A stretch of 42,089 nucleotides of DNA from Bacillales bacterium (lineage in GTDB: Bacteria > Bacillota_I > Bacilli_A > RFN20 > CAG-826). The position numbers and the translations under genes were made by a program. Below the pieces are notes generated by a model that saw nothing but the letters and a program-made list of their open reading frames with translations, had not been told where the DNA came from and ran no database searches. The stretch covers positions 1 to 42,089 of the forward strand of contig JAQYPI010000120.1 of assembly GCA_028726925.1 (NCBI GenBank). The letters are read 5' to 3'. Positions 24,159 through 33,441 of the stretch are shown piece after piece. Every line of letters begins with the position of its first letter. Within the stretch, counting starts at the first letter, position 1.

Positions 24159-25684
24159 GCGATCACCTCGTCGACGTTGATCGTCTGGATGGGTTTCCCG
24201 CTTTGCCCCTCGATGCTCACGTTCTCGAAGCGGACAGTCCCGACGTTCTCGAAAAGAAAGCCTTGCTTGACCATGTCCTCGACCCCGCAGAGCATCGCGG
24301 GTTTGCCGGGTTTGGCGTCCTCTTTCACGGTGAAGACGCTGTCGCGGATCTCGATTTCCCCGATGGGGGATTCGGGCAAGCCGATGAAATACCCGAGAGC
24401 GATTTCCGCGTCCGTCGCGACGATGTCGCGGAAGAGGAAGCGACCAAGGCGCGGGGTGGATTCGTCCACCGGGCGAGGGAGGCGCGATTGCACTTCCTCG
24501 CTTTTGCCGTCCGGATCGCAGAAATAGAACATGTTGATGGTAAACGGGGTCAGGACGTTGTCCATCCGGATATGGGAGAACGTGACGTTGTCGATCACCG
24601 AATCCTTGCCGCGGCCGCGCCGGCTTTTGATGCGAAGCCCGCGGTCGGTATGGCGGAAAAGACAGCGCTCGATGGTCAGGTCCTTGAGCCCGGCGCCGGC
24701 TTCGCTGCCAAGGACGACGGCGCCGTGGCCCTCGTTCATGAAGCAGTTGCGGATCTCGACGCGGGAGCAAGGCTTCTTGAAGGTCTTGCCGATGTAGATC
24801 TTGCCAGACTTGAGGGCGATGCAGTCATCACCGACCGAGAAACGGACCCCGACGATCTTCACGTCGTCGCAGGCTTCCGGATCCATGCCGTCCGTGTTCG
24901 GCGAATCCTTGGGGTTTTCGATATAGAGATCGTAGAAGCCGAGGCCATTCGAGAAATAGGGATGGATCGTCCAGCAAGGGGTGTTGCGGAAAGAAAGCCC
25001 GACGACGCGGATGTTCTCGCAACGGTTAAGGAAGAGGAGGCGAGGACGAGCGTAGGGCATCGTCTTGACGTCGGTCCAATAAGGGGACTGGTCGGCTCGC
25101 CCGTCGAGGATTCCTTCCCCGACGAGGGTGACGTCCTCGACCTCGAAGCCGCTTAGAAGACTCGGTTTTCCCGGGAACGGGGCCCCTTCCCAAGCGAAAA
25201 CCTCGAGTGGGAGTTTGCCCTCGGCCTCATATTCGCCCTTACCAATCGGGGTGTCTTCCTTTTTGGTCGAGCCGAGGAGGCGCGCCCCTTTGGCAAAGGA
25301 AATCGTGATATGACTCTTCAGGAAGAGGGCGGTGACGCGATAATCGCCGGGATCGATGACAAGAAGCCCGCCGCGCGGGGTAGCCATGATGGCGGTCTGC
25401 AGGGCCAGGGTGTCGTCTTCTCCTCGTTCCTCGAGAAGGAAATCGGAGGAATGGAGAACGTATGTGACCGATGGGGTATGGACGATTTTCTCCTCGTCCC
25501 CGATGCGCAGAAGGTAATCACGGTCGGGGGAAAGGGAGAAAAGGGTCGCGACGTTCCGCTTGGTTCGCAAGGCTTCGTGGCCATCGAGGTAAACAGAATA
25601 TTCTTCGTCGACTTCGTAGATCGCGTCGTTTCGCAGCTCATAGGTGATGCTGCAAGGGGTGAGGCAAAGGATGTCAAAGGACAT
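24155..25684 (-). CDS. GH28 glycoside hydrolase (exo-polygalacturonase-like), no signal peptide
   Basis: Motifs NTDGMDPEACDDV, GDDCIALKSG, GHGAVVLGSE and RGLRIKSRRGRG. The start was trimmed to the ATG at 25684, which has AAGGAGGAA upstream. Confidence 0.9.
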   Translation of the reverse strand: MSFDILCLTPCSITYELRNDAIYEVDEEYSVYLDGHEALRTKRNVATLFSLSPDRDYLLRIGDEEKIVHTPSVTYVLHSSDFLLEERGEDDTLALQTAIMATPRGGLLVIDPGDYRVTALFLKSHITISFAKGARLLGSTKKEDTPIGKGEYEAEGKLPLEVFAWEGAPFPGKPSLLSGFEVEDVTLVGEGILDGRADQSPYWTDVKTMPYARPRLLFLNRCENIRVVGLSFRNTPCWTIHPYFSNGLGFYDLYIENPKDSPNTDGMDPEACDDVKIVGVRFSVGDDCIALKSGKIYIGKTFKKPCSRVEIRNCFMNEGHGAVVLGSEAGAGLKDLTIERCLFRHTDRGLRIKSRRGRGKDSVIDNVTFSHIRMDNVLTPFTINMFYFCDPDGKSEEVQSRLPRPVDESTPRLGRFLFRDIVATDAEIALGYFIGLPESPIGEIEIRDSVFTVKEDAKPGKPAMLCGVEDMVKQGFLFENVGTVRFENVSIEGQSGKPIQTINVDEVIA

Positions 25685-26252
25685 AGGACCATTCCTCCTT
25701 TCCCTCTTTCTTGATGACGCGGTGGTAAAAGGTGACGGCGAGGTCCTTGAGCAAAACGAGGAAGGCATCAAGGACGAGGGCATAGCAAGCCACCAAAACC
25801 GGCTCGGCGAACCCATAGGACCCCAGATCTGCTTCGGCGATCGCGCGGGTGCGGATCAAGGCGTTGATGAGCGACGCCCCGCAGCCGATGAGCAGCCCGA
25901 AGAGGACGTTGACGAAAAGGCTGTAGAGCTTCTTGCTTTTGATGAGGACGTAAGGTTTGCTTTGGCCCGGCTTGTTCTCGACAACGTCGAGCAAGGGGTA
26001 GACGAAGATTTCGTTGAAGACGCCCATCGCGAACCCGAAGATCAACATCAGGATGACGGCGGAGTTAGGATCTTGGAAGAAATAGCCAAGGCCCATTTGG
26101 AAAAAATAAAACTCCATCCCGAAAAACCAAAATTTCAAAACGATCGCCTTGACGGGGAAGGGGATTTTGGAAAACCAGTGGACTTTCGGGACGTAGTTCT
26201 CGTCCGTCACGTCGTTTTTGTTTTTCGGTTTCGGGTCCGGATTGCGAATCAT
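25674..26252 (-). CDS. Hypothetical four-TM membrane protein (M5)
   Basis: Hydrophobicity pattern of four TM segments, basic N-terminus MIRNPDPKPKNKND. It starts 8 nt after the M4 stop and overlaps the GH28 start by 11 nt. It has no clear SD, so the start is uncertain. Confidence 0.6.
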   Translation of the reverse strand: MIRNPDPKPKNKNDVTDENYVPKVHWFSKIPFPVKAIVLKFWFFGMEFYFFQMGLGYFFQDPNSAVILMLIFGFAMGVFNEIFVYPLLDVVENKPGQSKPYVLIKSKKLYSLFVNVLFGLLIGCGASLINALIRTRAIAEADLGSYGFAEPVLVACYALVLDAFLVLLKDLAVTFYHRVIKKEGKEEWSYVL

Positions 26253-26260
26253 GGGGAATT

Positions 26261-26908
26261 TTATTGCTTCTTGACGCGGTTTTGCTTGCCGAGGTGGATC
26301 TTCTTCGTGAACGGCTGGACGATCGGGGCGAGGATGGCCAGGGCGATCGTGACGATGAGGAAGACGAGGTGGAGCTGGACGCGGCTTTGAGCCACGAGCA
26401 GCGGCGCGGGATCCTTGACGGCGTTCGCGCCATTGAACATGGAGAGGTGAACGTTGACGTCCTGAATGAAATCGAGGTCGAGGACGATCGAGCCCGCGGC
26501 GACAAGGAGGTAAAGGCCGAAGAAAAGCCATTTCTTCGTCTTGCCCGTCCGCTTGCCGGATACGTTGATGTAGCAAAGGCAAAGGACGATCTGGAGGACG
26601 AGGTTCACGAAGAAAAGGAAGGAATTGTAGTCGTTGAGGGGCAATTTGCCAGCCAAGGCGTAAAGGATATCGTGCATCGAGACGTAAATGACGCAGAGGG
26701 TCACGACCGTCATGATCATCGGGATGATGTCGACGTGGTTCTTCACCTTGATGAAGGCGCGGGTGAGCGCGAGTTTGACGGGGTTCCCGCTCAAAGCCGC
26801 GGTGAGGTCGTCTTCATCGCCGATCGTCGAAAGGGCGGCGGTGTCGATGTTCGATTCGTCGTTCTTCTGCTCTTGCTCGAGCATGTTCTTCTTATGCAGG
26901 TTTTCCAT
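26261..26908 (-). CDS. Hypothetical four-TM membrane protein (M4)
   Basis: Acidic N-terminal 45 aa followed by four TM segments. SD is GAGGAA, and the start lies 3 nt after the ATPase stop. Confidence 0.7.
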   Translation of the reverse strand: MENLHKKNMLEQEQKNDESNIDTAALSTIGDEDDLTAALSGNPVKLALTRAFIKVKNHVDIIPMIMTVVTLCVIYVSMHDILYALAGKLPLNDYNSFLFFVNLVLQIVLCLCYINVSGKRTGKTKKWLFFGLYLLVAAGSIVLDLDFIQDVNVHLSMFNGANAVKDPAPLLVAQSRVQLHLVFLIVTIALAILAPIVQPFTKKIHLGKQNRVKKQ

Positions 26909-26911
26909 CGG

Positions 26912-27982
26912 TTATTTCCTCACGCGCATGCCGGTTTCGATATCGAAGAAACAAATCTTGTCCATGCGCATCCCGACCGCGATCTTCTCGCCTTTCTCGT
27001 AGCGTTGCCACCCGCGAAGTTTGAGGATGGCGCTCGCCTCCCCGAGCTTACCGTGGACCAAGGAATACTGGCCGAGGTGCTCGACGAGGTCGACGGAGAA
27101 GGAAAGGCTTCCTCTGTTCTCGAAATTCTCGGGGCGGATGCCAAGGAGGATCCTCTTCCCTTCGTAAGAAGCGCATTCTTTTTTCTTTTCCGGGGAAAGT
27201 TCGACCTCGAATCCCTTGTCCGCGATAAAGCGGTTCCCCTCGATCTTGCCGTTGAAGAAATTGAAGGAGGGGTTGCCGACGAAATAGCCGACGAAGGCGT
27301 TCGCGGGATCGTGATAGATCTCATAAGGGGTCCCGATTTGCTGGACCTCGCCCATCGACATGACGACGATGCGGTCCGCTAGCGTCGTGGCTTCCGTCTG
27401 GTCGTGGGTGACGTAAATCATGGTCGCCTTGAGCTCGTGGTGAAGGAGCTTGATCTCGCGGCGCATGGAGGAACGGAGTTTCGCGTCGAGGTTCGAGAGG
27501 GGCTCGTCGAAAAGGAAGACCTTGGGGTTGCGGACGATCGCGCGGCCCATGGCGACGCGTTGGCGTTGGCCGCCGCTAAGCTCGCGGGGTTTCTTGTTGA
27601 GTTGGTCGAGGAGGCCGAGGATCTTGGCGGCCGCCATGACCTTCCGGTGCGTTTCCTTCGGGTCTTCTTTCCGGAGGGTAAGGGAGAAAGCCATGTTTTC
27701 GTAGACGGTCATGTTGCCGTAAAGGGCGTAATTCTGGAAGACCATCGCGATGTCGCGATCCTTCGGGGGGACGTGGGTGACATCCTTCCCGTCGATGTAA
27801 AGGTGGCCTTCCGTGATGTCCTCGAGGCCCGCGATCATGCGAAGCGTCGTGGATTTGCCGCATCCCGAGGGCCCGACGAGGACGATGAATTCCCCGTCTT
27901 TGATCTCGATGGTGGTGTCCTCGACGGCGACGACGCCGCTTTGGTAGATTTTCTTGATGTGATCGAGCTTGACGTCTGCCAT
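26912..27982 (-). CDS. Sugar ABC transporter ATP-binding protein (MsmK/UgpC/MalK type)
   Basis: GPSGCGKST, LSGGQRQRVAMGRAI and FLFDEPLSNLDA, plus a C-terminal regulatory (TOBE-like) domain. The start was trimmed to the ATG at 27982. Confidence 0.92.
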   Translation of the reverse strand: MADVKLDHIKKIYQSGVVAVEDTTIEIKDGEFIVLVGPSGCGKSTTLRMIAGLEDITEGHLYIDGKDVTHVPPKDRDIAMVFQNYALYGNMTVYENMAFSLTLRKEDPKETHRKVMAAAKILGLLDQLNKKPRELSGGQRQRVAMGRAIVRNPKVFLFDEPLSNLDAKLRSSMRREIKLLHHELKATMIYVTHDQTEATTLADRIVVMSMGEVQQIGTPYEIYHDPANAFVGYFVGNPSFNFFNGKIEGNRFIADKGFEVELSPEKKKECASYEGKRILLGIRPENFENRGSLSFSVDLVEHLGQYSLVHGKLGEASAILKLRGWQRYEKGEKIAVGMRMDKICFFDIETGMRVRK

Positions 27983-27983
27983 A

Positions 27984-28535
27984 TTATTTGCCGATCCTTT
28001 CGTTTTGCATGGGGGCGACATCCTTGAGGTAGGCCCTGAGTTTCGTGCCACGGATGATGGCGAGGATGCCCGAGACGACGATGAAGACGCCCGAGACGAT
28101 GTAGAGGGACGTCACGATGGCGAAGATCGCGGGGCTCATGTTGCCGCTTTGGAAAACCGCGAGGACAAAGAGCAGCGGGCGAATCGCTTGGAAGGCGCCC
28201 CCGACAATCGCGGCGATGCCGAACCGGACCGAATAGGCTTCCATTTCCATCGCGGAAGTGAGGAAGAACAAAAGGAGGAGGATGTTGAGGAGGATGTCGA
28301 AGAAATTCCAGAACCCGAGATTCGTGGAACCGAGGAAGGAGAAGGATCCGCCGCTGCCAGAGATGGACGTGCCGGAATAGTGGATCGCGAACGCGAGGGC
28401 GAAAGCGACGATCCCGAAGAGGGTCATCTTGTAACTCGCCTTGTTCGGGCGATAGCGAAGCATCTCGACCTCGATGCCCTTGGGGTCGAAGAACGAGACG
28501 ACGCGTTCCTTGATGGATTGGATTTTGGATTTCAT
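27984..28535 (-). CDS. Hypothetical four-TM membrane protein (M3)
   Basis: Four TM segments and SD AAAGGAGAA. The ATG overlaps the M2 stop as ATGA at 28532-28535. Its stop lies 1 nt before the ATPase start. Confidence 0.7.
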   Translation of the reverse strand: MKSKIQSIKERVVSFFDPKGIEVEMLRYRPNKASYKMTLFGIVAFALAFAIHYSGTSISGSGGSFSFLGSTNLGFWNFFDILLNILLLLFFLTSAMEMEAYSVRFGIAAIVGGAFQAIRPLLFVLAVFQSGNMSPAIFAIVTSLYIVSGVFIVVSGILAIIRGTKLRAYLKDVAPMQNERIGK

Positions 28536-29095
28536 TCCGCTTCTCCTTTCCTGGATTTCTCGTAGCGGATCCTGGCGATAAGTTTCAAGGCAAACAGGAC
28601 GAACGCGGCCACGCCGGCGAGGACGAGGCAAACCGAAAGCACATAGCCAAGGGGGAAGATCGCCGGGGATTTCTCGATAGTGACGTTGGAGCCGTGATCG
28701 AGCCAATATTGGTTCATGGCATCAATGGGTAGGGTCGCGTAGCCAGCTTGGTAGCGGCTCGTGGCGACCAAAGTCGTGACGCCCGATGCGATGCCCATGA
28801 TGCCGACGGCAGCGCAAGAGACGAAATTGCCAAGGTAATAGATGGGGCGGATGGAGGAACGAAGCCCCTTGAAAAGGAAGGTGATGACGATGGAGCAGGC
28901 GCCGAGGATGAGCAAGGCGTCATTCGCGGATTGGTAAGCTTGGTAGAAGGTCGTAACGCCGGGTTCCGGTCCGCCATAGGAGGAACAGACGGCGGTCGGG
29001 GTGGCCATGGAAATCGCAAAAACCGCGAGAAGGGCGAAAAGAATCAAGGCAATGAGCCAAAGCCATTTTTGTAGGAACGATGTGATTTTTTCCAT
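28532..29095 (-). CDS. Hypothetical four-TM membrane protein (M2)
   Basis: Four TM segments with two larger loops. SD AGGAGG lies 4 nt upstream of the ATG. Confidence 0.7.
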   Translation of the reverse strand: MEKITSFLQKWLWLIALILFALLAVFAISMATPTAVCSSYGGPEPGVTTFYQAYQSANDALLILGACSIVITFLFKGLRSSIRPIYYLGNFVSCAAVGIMGIASGVTTLVATSRYQAGYATLPIDAMNQYWLDHGSNVTIEKSPAIFPLGYVLSVCLVLAGVAAFVLFALKLIARIRYEKSRKGEAE

Positions 29096-29118
29096 AAGGC
29101 CTCCTGAAACGTGGGGAA

Positions 29119-29144
29119 GGCTGGGAGCCCGAAGGCCCCCAGCC
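29119..29144 (-). promoter_or_regulatory. Stable intra-operon hairpin with a UUCG tetraloop just 3' of the SBP gene
   Basis: Minus strand GGCUGGGGGCC-UUCG-GGCUCCCAGCC forms an 11-bp stem with one G-U pair. No U-tract follows. Confidence 0.55.
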
Positions 29145-29158
29145 GAGAATGTCGCGAA

Positions 29159-31369
29159 TTAGGCTTTGAAACGAGTGTAGGCGTCGTTCGCGTAGGTGAG
29201 GTAAGAATTGAGCTTCAACGTCTCGTTGACGGTTTTGAGGTAGTTCGTCTCGGAGAAGTCGTAATCCTTGTAGGTGCCGAAACCGTTCTTGACGATGTCG
29301 GTCCAGACGATGGATTTGCCGTTGGCGAGGTTGAAGAGTTCGCCGAGCTTGGTGTACTCGGTGCCGGCGAGGGCGGTGTTCTCCGCGTCGGTGAACGGAA
29401 GGGTCGCCGGGACGATGTCGAGGAGATGGTTCGTGTTGTCCATCCTGTGGTTGACGTGGGTCACGGTGCCGTTGGCGATCGCGTTCTCGTAGAGGTTGAG
29501 GGCGGGTTTGGCTTTGGCGGAAACCGTCTGGTATTCCATGCCCTGTTCCTTGACATAGCCGACCGGGAAGGTCGCGCCGACATAGTAGCGATAGTAGTTG
29601 GTGTAGTTGCCGCTCGTGAGGCTCTTGATCTGGGCGAGGGTGGCATCCGAGAGCTTCGGAACCTGACGGCCCATGTATTCGATGGTGTCGAGAGTCACGT
29701 CGTCGCTCTTCTTGGCGATGTAAGCCGAGGGGCCATAGGAGAGGATCTGGTTGCCTTCCGGGCTATAGAGATAGTCGAAGAGCTTGAGGCAGCGGGCGAG
29801 GACCTTCGGGTCGTTCTCCGTTTCCTTGGTGATGAACCAGGAGTTCGGCTTGACCGAGCGCCAGGACTCCGTGTAGTGGATGTAGGAACCGCCATTTTCG
29901 GTGACTGCCGGGAGGACAGAAGCGAAGGTGCCGGTGAAGTCTTTCATGGAATCCTGGAGGATCGTGGAGGTCTGGTTGTAGTCATAGGTCGCAAAGCCGC
30001 GCTGTTCCTTGACCATCTGGTTGCGGAATTCGCCGTCCTTGCCGGTACCTTTGGACTTGTCATCGAAGTCTTGGAGGATGAGACCTTCCTGATACATCTC
30101 GTGCATGTGCTTGAGAGCCGGGACAACTTCGGCGGCGCCACGGATGTCTTTGAGTTTGCCGTCTTCGCCGACGTAGTAGAAGCCGTTGCGGGATTCCGTG
30201 CCACGGACGCCGAAGAAGGCCATGAAGCGCCAGAAGTCGGCGACGCGGTCGTTGCGGGCTTGACGCGGGAAGAACGGAACGATCATCTGGCTTCCGTTGG
30301 CTTCATAGAGATCGCCAAGGAGGAAGCGGGAGTTGAGGGTGACGCAGCGGAAGAGCATGACGAGCTCGTCGATGTCATACGCGGCCTTGTGAGAGAGGAA
30401 GAGATCGGAGCGCTTTTCGCCATAGGCGCCGTCATAGGTCTCGTCGATCCAGGAACGGAGCGCCTCGACGGCGGTCTGGCCATTGAGGGTGCCGATGGCG
30501 TTGAATTTGGCGACGATGGAAGTGGAATACTTCTTGTTGATCTCGACGAGTTCAGAGGAAGCGGAATTCTCTTTCGCGACTTTGATCTTGGTGTCGAGGG
30601 TCGCGGGCATGTTGCCGGTGTAATGGAGTCCCTTGAGGGCGAGATCGGTGTCGAGGCCGGCCGGGGCGGTCGCGCCGTCGAGGAGTTTCTCGACCCAGTC
30701 GTGACGCATCATGAGCATGCGCTCGACGTCTTCGAAGCCGTCGAAGTACGGGGTGTAGAAGATTTGGCCTTCGCTGTTGGCGATGGTCTTCTTGACGACG
30801 GGGTTGGCTTCGAGGAAGGCCTTGAAGTTCGGCATCTCGTCGAGGTGTTGGGCGATGTCGACGAACTGGCCGTTCGCGCCGGTGCCGTCCTTGATGATGT
30901 CGCTCGCGTTGCCCTGGGCGATGTTGATGAGCTTGCCGTCCGCTTTCCAGTTCGCGGTCTTGTGGGTGGTGTAGTTGGCCGCGAGCTTGTCGTTCGGGGT
31001 GATGTCGTTGATTGTGAAGTTCAGTTTGCTCTGAAGCTCGGCCCACGCCGGTTTGAAGTCGCCGTTTTCATAGACGTTGCCTTCCGGATCGGTGTAGGGG
31101 ACGCCGACATTCTTGGTGTTGTCGCTGTAGAACTTCATGTGGGTCGCGTGGCCACCTTCGTAGCAGACCGACATGGTGATCTCGACGTCTTCGAGGGTGC
31201 TCGAGGTCTCGACGGTGGTTTCCGACGTGTCGACGGAAGGTTCCTGGCTCGTTTCCGAGGTCTTTTCGGGTTCTTCCGAGGTCGCGGCCGGGCCCGGTTC
31301 GCCGCAGGCGGCGAGCATCATCGCGCTAGCGGCAAGCGCGAAGATGTAGCTGAGTTTTTTGGATTTCAT
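29159..31369 (-). CDS. Large extracellular solute-binding lipoprotein of a CUT1 ABC importer (LplA-like)
   Basis: Signal peptide and lipobox MKSKKLSYIFALAASAMMLAAC, followed by an S/T/E-rich tether and a family-1 SBP-like body. Length is 736 aa. Confidence 0.88.
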   Translation of the reverse strand: MKSKKLSYIFALAASAMMLAACGEPGPAATSEEPEKTSETSQEPSVDTSETTVETSSTLEDVEITMSVCYEGGHATHMKFYSDNTKNVGVPYTDPEGNVYENGDFKPAWAELQSKLNFTINDITPNDKLAANYTTHKTANWKADGKLINIAQGNASDIIKDGTGANGQFVDIAQHLDEMPNFKAFLEANPVVKKTIANSEGQIFYTPYFDGFEDVERMLMMRHDWVEKLLDGATAPAGLDTDLALKGLHYTGNMPATLDTKIKVAKENSASSELVEINKKYSTSIVAKFNAIGTLNGQTAVEALRSWIDETYDGAYGEKRSDLFLSHKAAYDIDELVMLFRCVTLNSRFLLGDLYEANGSQMIVPFFPRQARNDRVADFWRFMAFFGVRGTESRNGFYYVGEDGKLKDIRGAAEVVPALKHMHEMYQEGLILQDFDDKSKGTGKDGEFRNQMVKEQRGFATYDYNQTSTILQDSMKDFTGTFASVLPAVTENGGSYIHYTESWRSVKPNSWFITKETENDPKVLARCLKLFDYLYSPEGNQILSYGPSAYIAKKSDDVTLDTIEYMGRQVPKLSDATLAQIKSLTSGNYTNYYRYYVGATFPVGYVKEQGMEYQTVSAKAKPALNLYENAIANGTVTHVNHRMDNTNHLLDIVPATLPFTDAENTALAGTEYTKLGELFNLANGKSIVWTDIVKNGFGTYKDYDFSETNYLKTVNETLKLNSYLTYANDAYTRFKA

Positions 31370-31458
31370 GAACTTTTTGTTTCTCCTTTCATTTCATCCA
31401 TATATCGACATAACTGTTCCAGCTTGACGAAGGAATGCCAGAACAGGGATATCCGTGT

Positions 31459-32412
31459 TTATTCCTTGACGCCACCGACGTTCACGCCGGCCGCGAAATA
31501 CTTCTGGATAAAGGGGTAAATGATGATGATCGGGATGATCGCGGCGATGATCATCGCGAAGCTCGCGGCATCGGGGCTATAAATGCCATCGATGAGGGTG
31601 ATGCCGAATTCCGCGGCTTCGTCGGCGGCTGCCGAGATCTGCCTTTGGATGACGACCTGCAATGGCCAGTCGAGGGAATCCGTGACGACTTGTTGGGCCC
31701 AGTAGTAGCCGTTCCAGCGGGAGATGCCATAGAAGAGGGCGACGGTCGCGACGGTCGCTTTGGACATCGGGACGTAGATTTTGGACATGATCTGGAAATC
31801 GTTGGCCCCGTCGACGGTCGCGGCTTCCTCGATTTCCTTCGGGACGGCCTCGAACGCGTTGCGGAGGAGGATGATGTTGAACGCGGCGACGCCCATCGCG
31901 ATGACGATGACCCACTTCTGGTCCGCGATGCCCATCGAGAGAAAGAGGTCGCGGGTGCTCCAGTAATTGAGGGTCGTCGGGACGATGCCCGCAGAGAACC
32001 ACATCGTGAAGATGAGGAGGAAATTGAAGAATTTGTGGCCCGCGAGGCGTCTCTTGGAGAGGGCATAGCCCCCGAGGATCGAGATGGCCATGCACCAGAC
32101 GGTGCCGAAGAGGGTGACGAAGAGGGTGTTGGAATAGCCGTTCCAGAAAGCCTTCATCTGAATGACGGAAAGGAAGGCGTTCCATTGGATATCGACCGGG
32201 AAGAGGACGACCTTGCCCGCGTTATAGGCATCGCCGCCCGAGATGGCCGCGGAGAAAGCGTAGATGAGAGGATAGATGCAGACGAGCGCGAACGCGATGA
32301 TGAAGATGTAGGCGACGACGCGGAAAACAATTTCCGAGGCAGCGGACTTGGTATAGCCCTTGTTCCCGCCTTTCTTGACGATCTTCTGCGTGGATTTTCC
32401 TGAGACTTCCAT
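31459..32412 (-). CDS. Carbohydrate ABC transporter permease (LplC-like)
   Basis: Six TM segments with the EAA-loop EAATVDGANDFQIMSKIYVPM. Confidence 0.9.
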   Translation of the reverse strand: MEVSGKSTQKIVKKGGNKGYTKSAASEIVFRVVAYIFIIAFALVCIYPLIYAFSAAISGGDAYNAGKVVLFPVDIQWNAFLSVIQMKAFWNGYSNTLFVTLFGTVWCMAISILGGYALSKRRLAGHKFFNFLLIFTMWFSAGIVPTTLNYWSTRDLFLSMGIADQKWVIVIAMGVAAFNIILLRNAFEAVPKEIEEAATVDGANDFQIMSKIYVPMSKATVATVALFYGISRWNGYYWAQQVVTDSLDWPLQVVIQRQISAAADEAAEFGITLIDGIYSPDAASFAMIIAAIIPIIIIYPFIQKYFAAGVNVGGVKE

Positions 32413-32424
32413 GGTGCTATCTCC

Positions 32425-33441
32425 TTAGAAGAGCGAGGTGTTGCTCATCTTTCTCGCGATGGAATTCGAGCCCAAAACCAAGAACATGGAGAGCAACGAA
32501 TTGAAGAGATCCGCCGCCGAGCCGATGCCTTTGTGGACGGAAGGCGAGGACATGACGACGTTGATGACATAGGTGGAAACGGTCTGGGAGGTGGACCAGG
32601 TACTCCCCGCTTTGCCGAGCTGCTGGAGCAAATAGACTTTCTCGTAACCGACGCTCAGCAAGTTGCCGATGCGAAGGATGAGCATGATGACGAGGGTGCC
32701 CGCCATGCCGGGGATCGTGACGTAAAGGAGCTGCTGCATCTTGGAAGCGCCGTCGATGCGCGCGGCTTCGTAGGAAGTGGGCGAGATGCCGAGGATCGCG
32801 GCGAAATAGACGATGGAACCATAACCCGCGCCTTCCCAGATGTCCGAGATGATGTAGATGGAACGGAAGGCCCCAGGGTTGGAGGTGAGGTCGTAGACGC
32901 CGATATTCTCGAAAAGCCCGCCGATGATGCCGGCCACGACGCCGGTCTGGGGATTCGAGGATTTGAGGAGCATGCCGATCAGGTTCGTCATGACGACGAC
33001 CGAGATGAATTTGGGGAGATAGGAGAAAACCTGGGCGACGGAGCGAACCGCTTTCAGGCGGATTTCGTTGAAGAACAAGGCGAGGATGATCGGGAAGGGG
33101 AAACCGAAAACCAAGCCATAGAAGCTGAGAACGAACGTGTTGCGGAACGCGGCCCAGAAATCGGGCTGCGCGAAGAGGTAGCGGAAATTGTCGAGGCCGT
33201 TCCAAAGGGCGGTGAAGGAACCGCCGCCGAAACTCGAGTCGGTCGTCGGCATGTATTTGAACGACGAGATCATGGAAGCGATGGGGAAATACTTCCAGCA
33301 GAGCAGGAAGAACATCATCGGGAGGAGAAGGACGTAAAGCCGCCAATCGCGGAGAACGTCATGGGCGACCGCTTTGAAATGGTTTTTCTCGATCGCCTCG
33401 ACTTCGGCTGCCGAAGCTTTGGGCATTGCTTTCGCGCTCAT
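32425..33441 (-). CDS. Carbohydrate ABC transporter permease (LplB-like)
   Basis: Six TM segments with the EAA-loop EAARIDGASKMQQLLYVTIPGM. Confidence 0.9.
   Translation of the reverse strand: MSAKAMPKASAAEVEAIEKNHFKAVAHDVLRDWRLYVLLLPMMFFLLCWKYFPIASMISSFKYMPTTDSSFGGGSFTALWNGLDNFRYLFAQPDFWAAFRNTFVLSFYGLVFGFPFPIILALFFNEIRLKAVRSVAQVFSYLPKFISVVVMTNLIGMLLKSSNPQTGVVAGIIGGLFENIGVYDLTSNPGAFRSIYIISDIWEGAGYGSIVYFAAILGISPTSYEAARIDGASKMQQLLYVTIPGMAGTLVIMLILRIGNLLSVGYEKVYLLQQLGKAGSTWSTSQTVSTYVINVVMSSPSVHKGIGSAADLFNSLLSMFLVLGSNSIARKMSNTSLF

Noticed and set aside
29111-31519. Very long plus-strand ORFs antisense to the minus-strand genes. Examples: 29111-31519 (802 aa), 21836-23572 (578 aa), 20374-21915 (513 aa), 39120-40625 (501 aa), 16032-17309, 26264-27382, 31435-32403, 32533-33483.
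   Set aside because: These are shadow ORFs. Each lies exactly opposite a gene with clear family motifs. Their translations are low-complexity and rich in D/E/G/R/V/A, and they lack SD sequences. They stay open because the sense genes avoid TTA, CTA and TCA codons.
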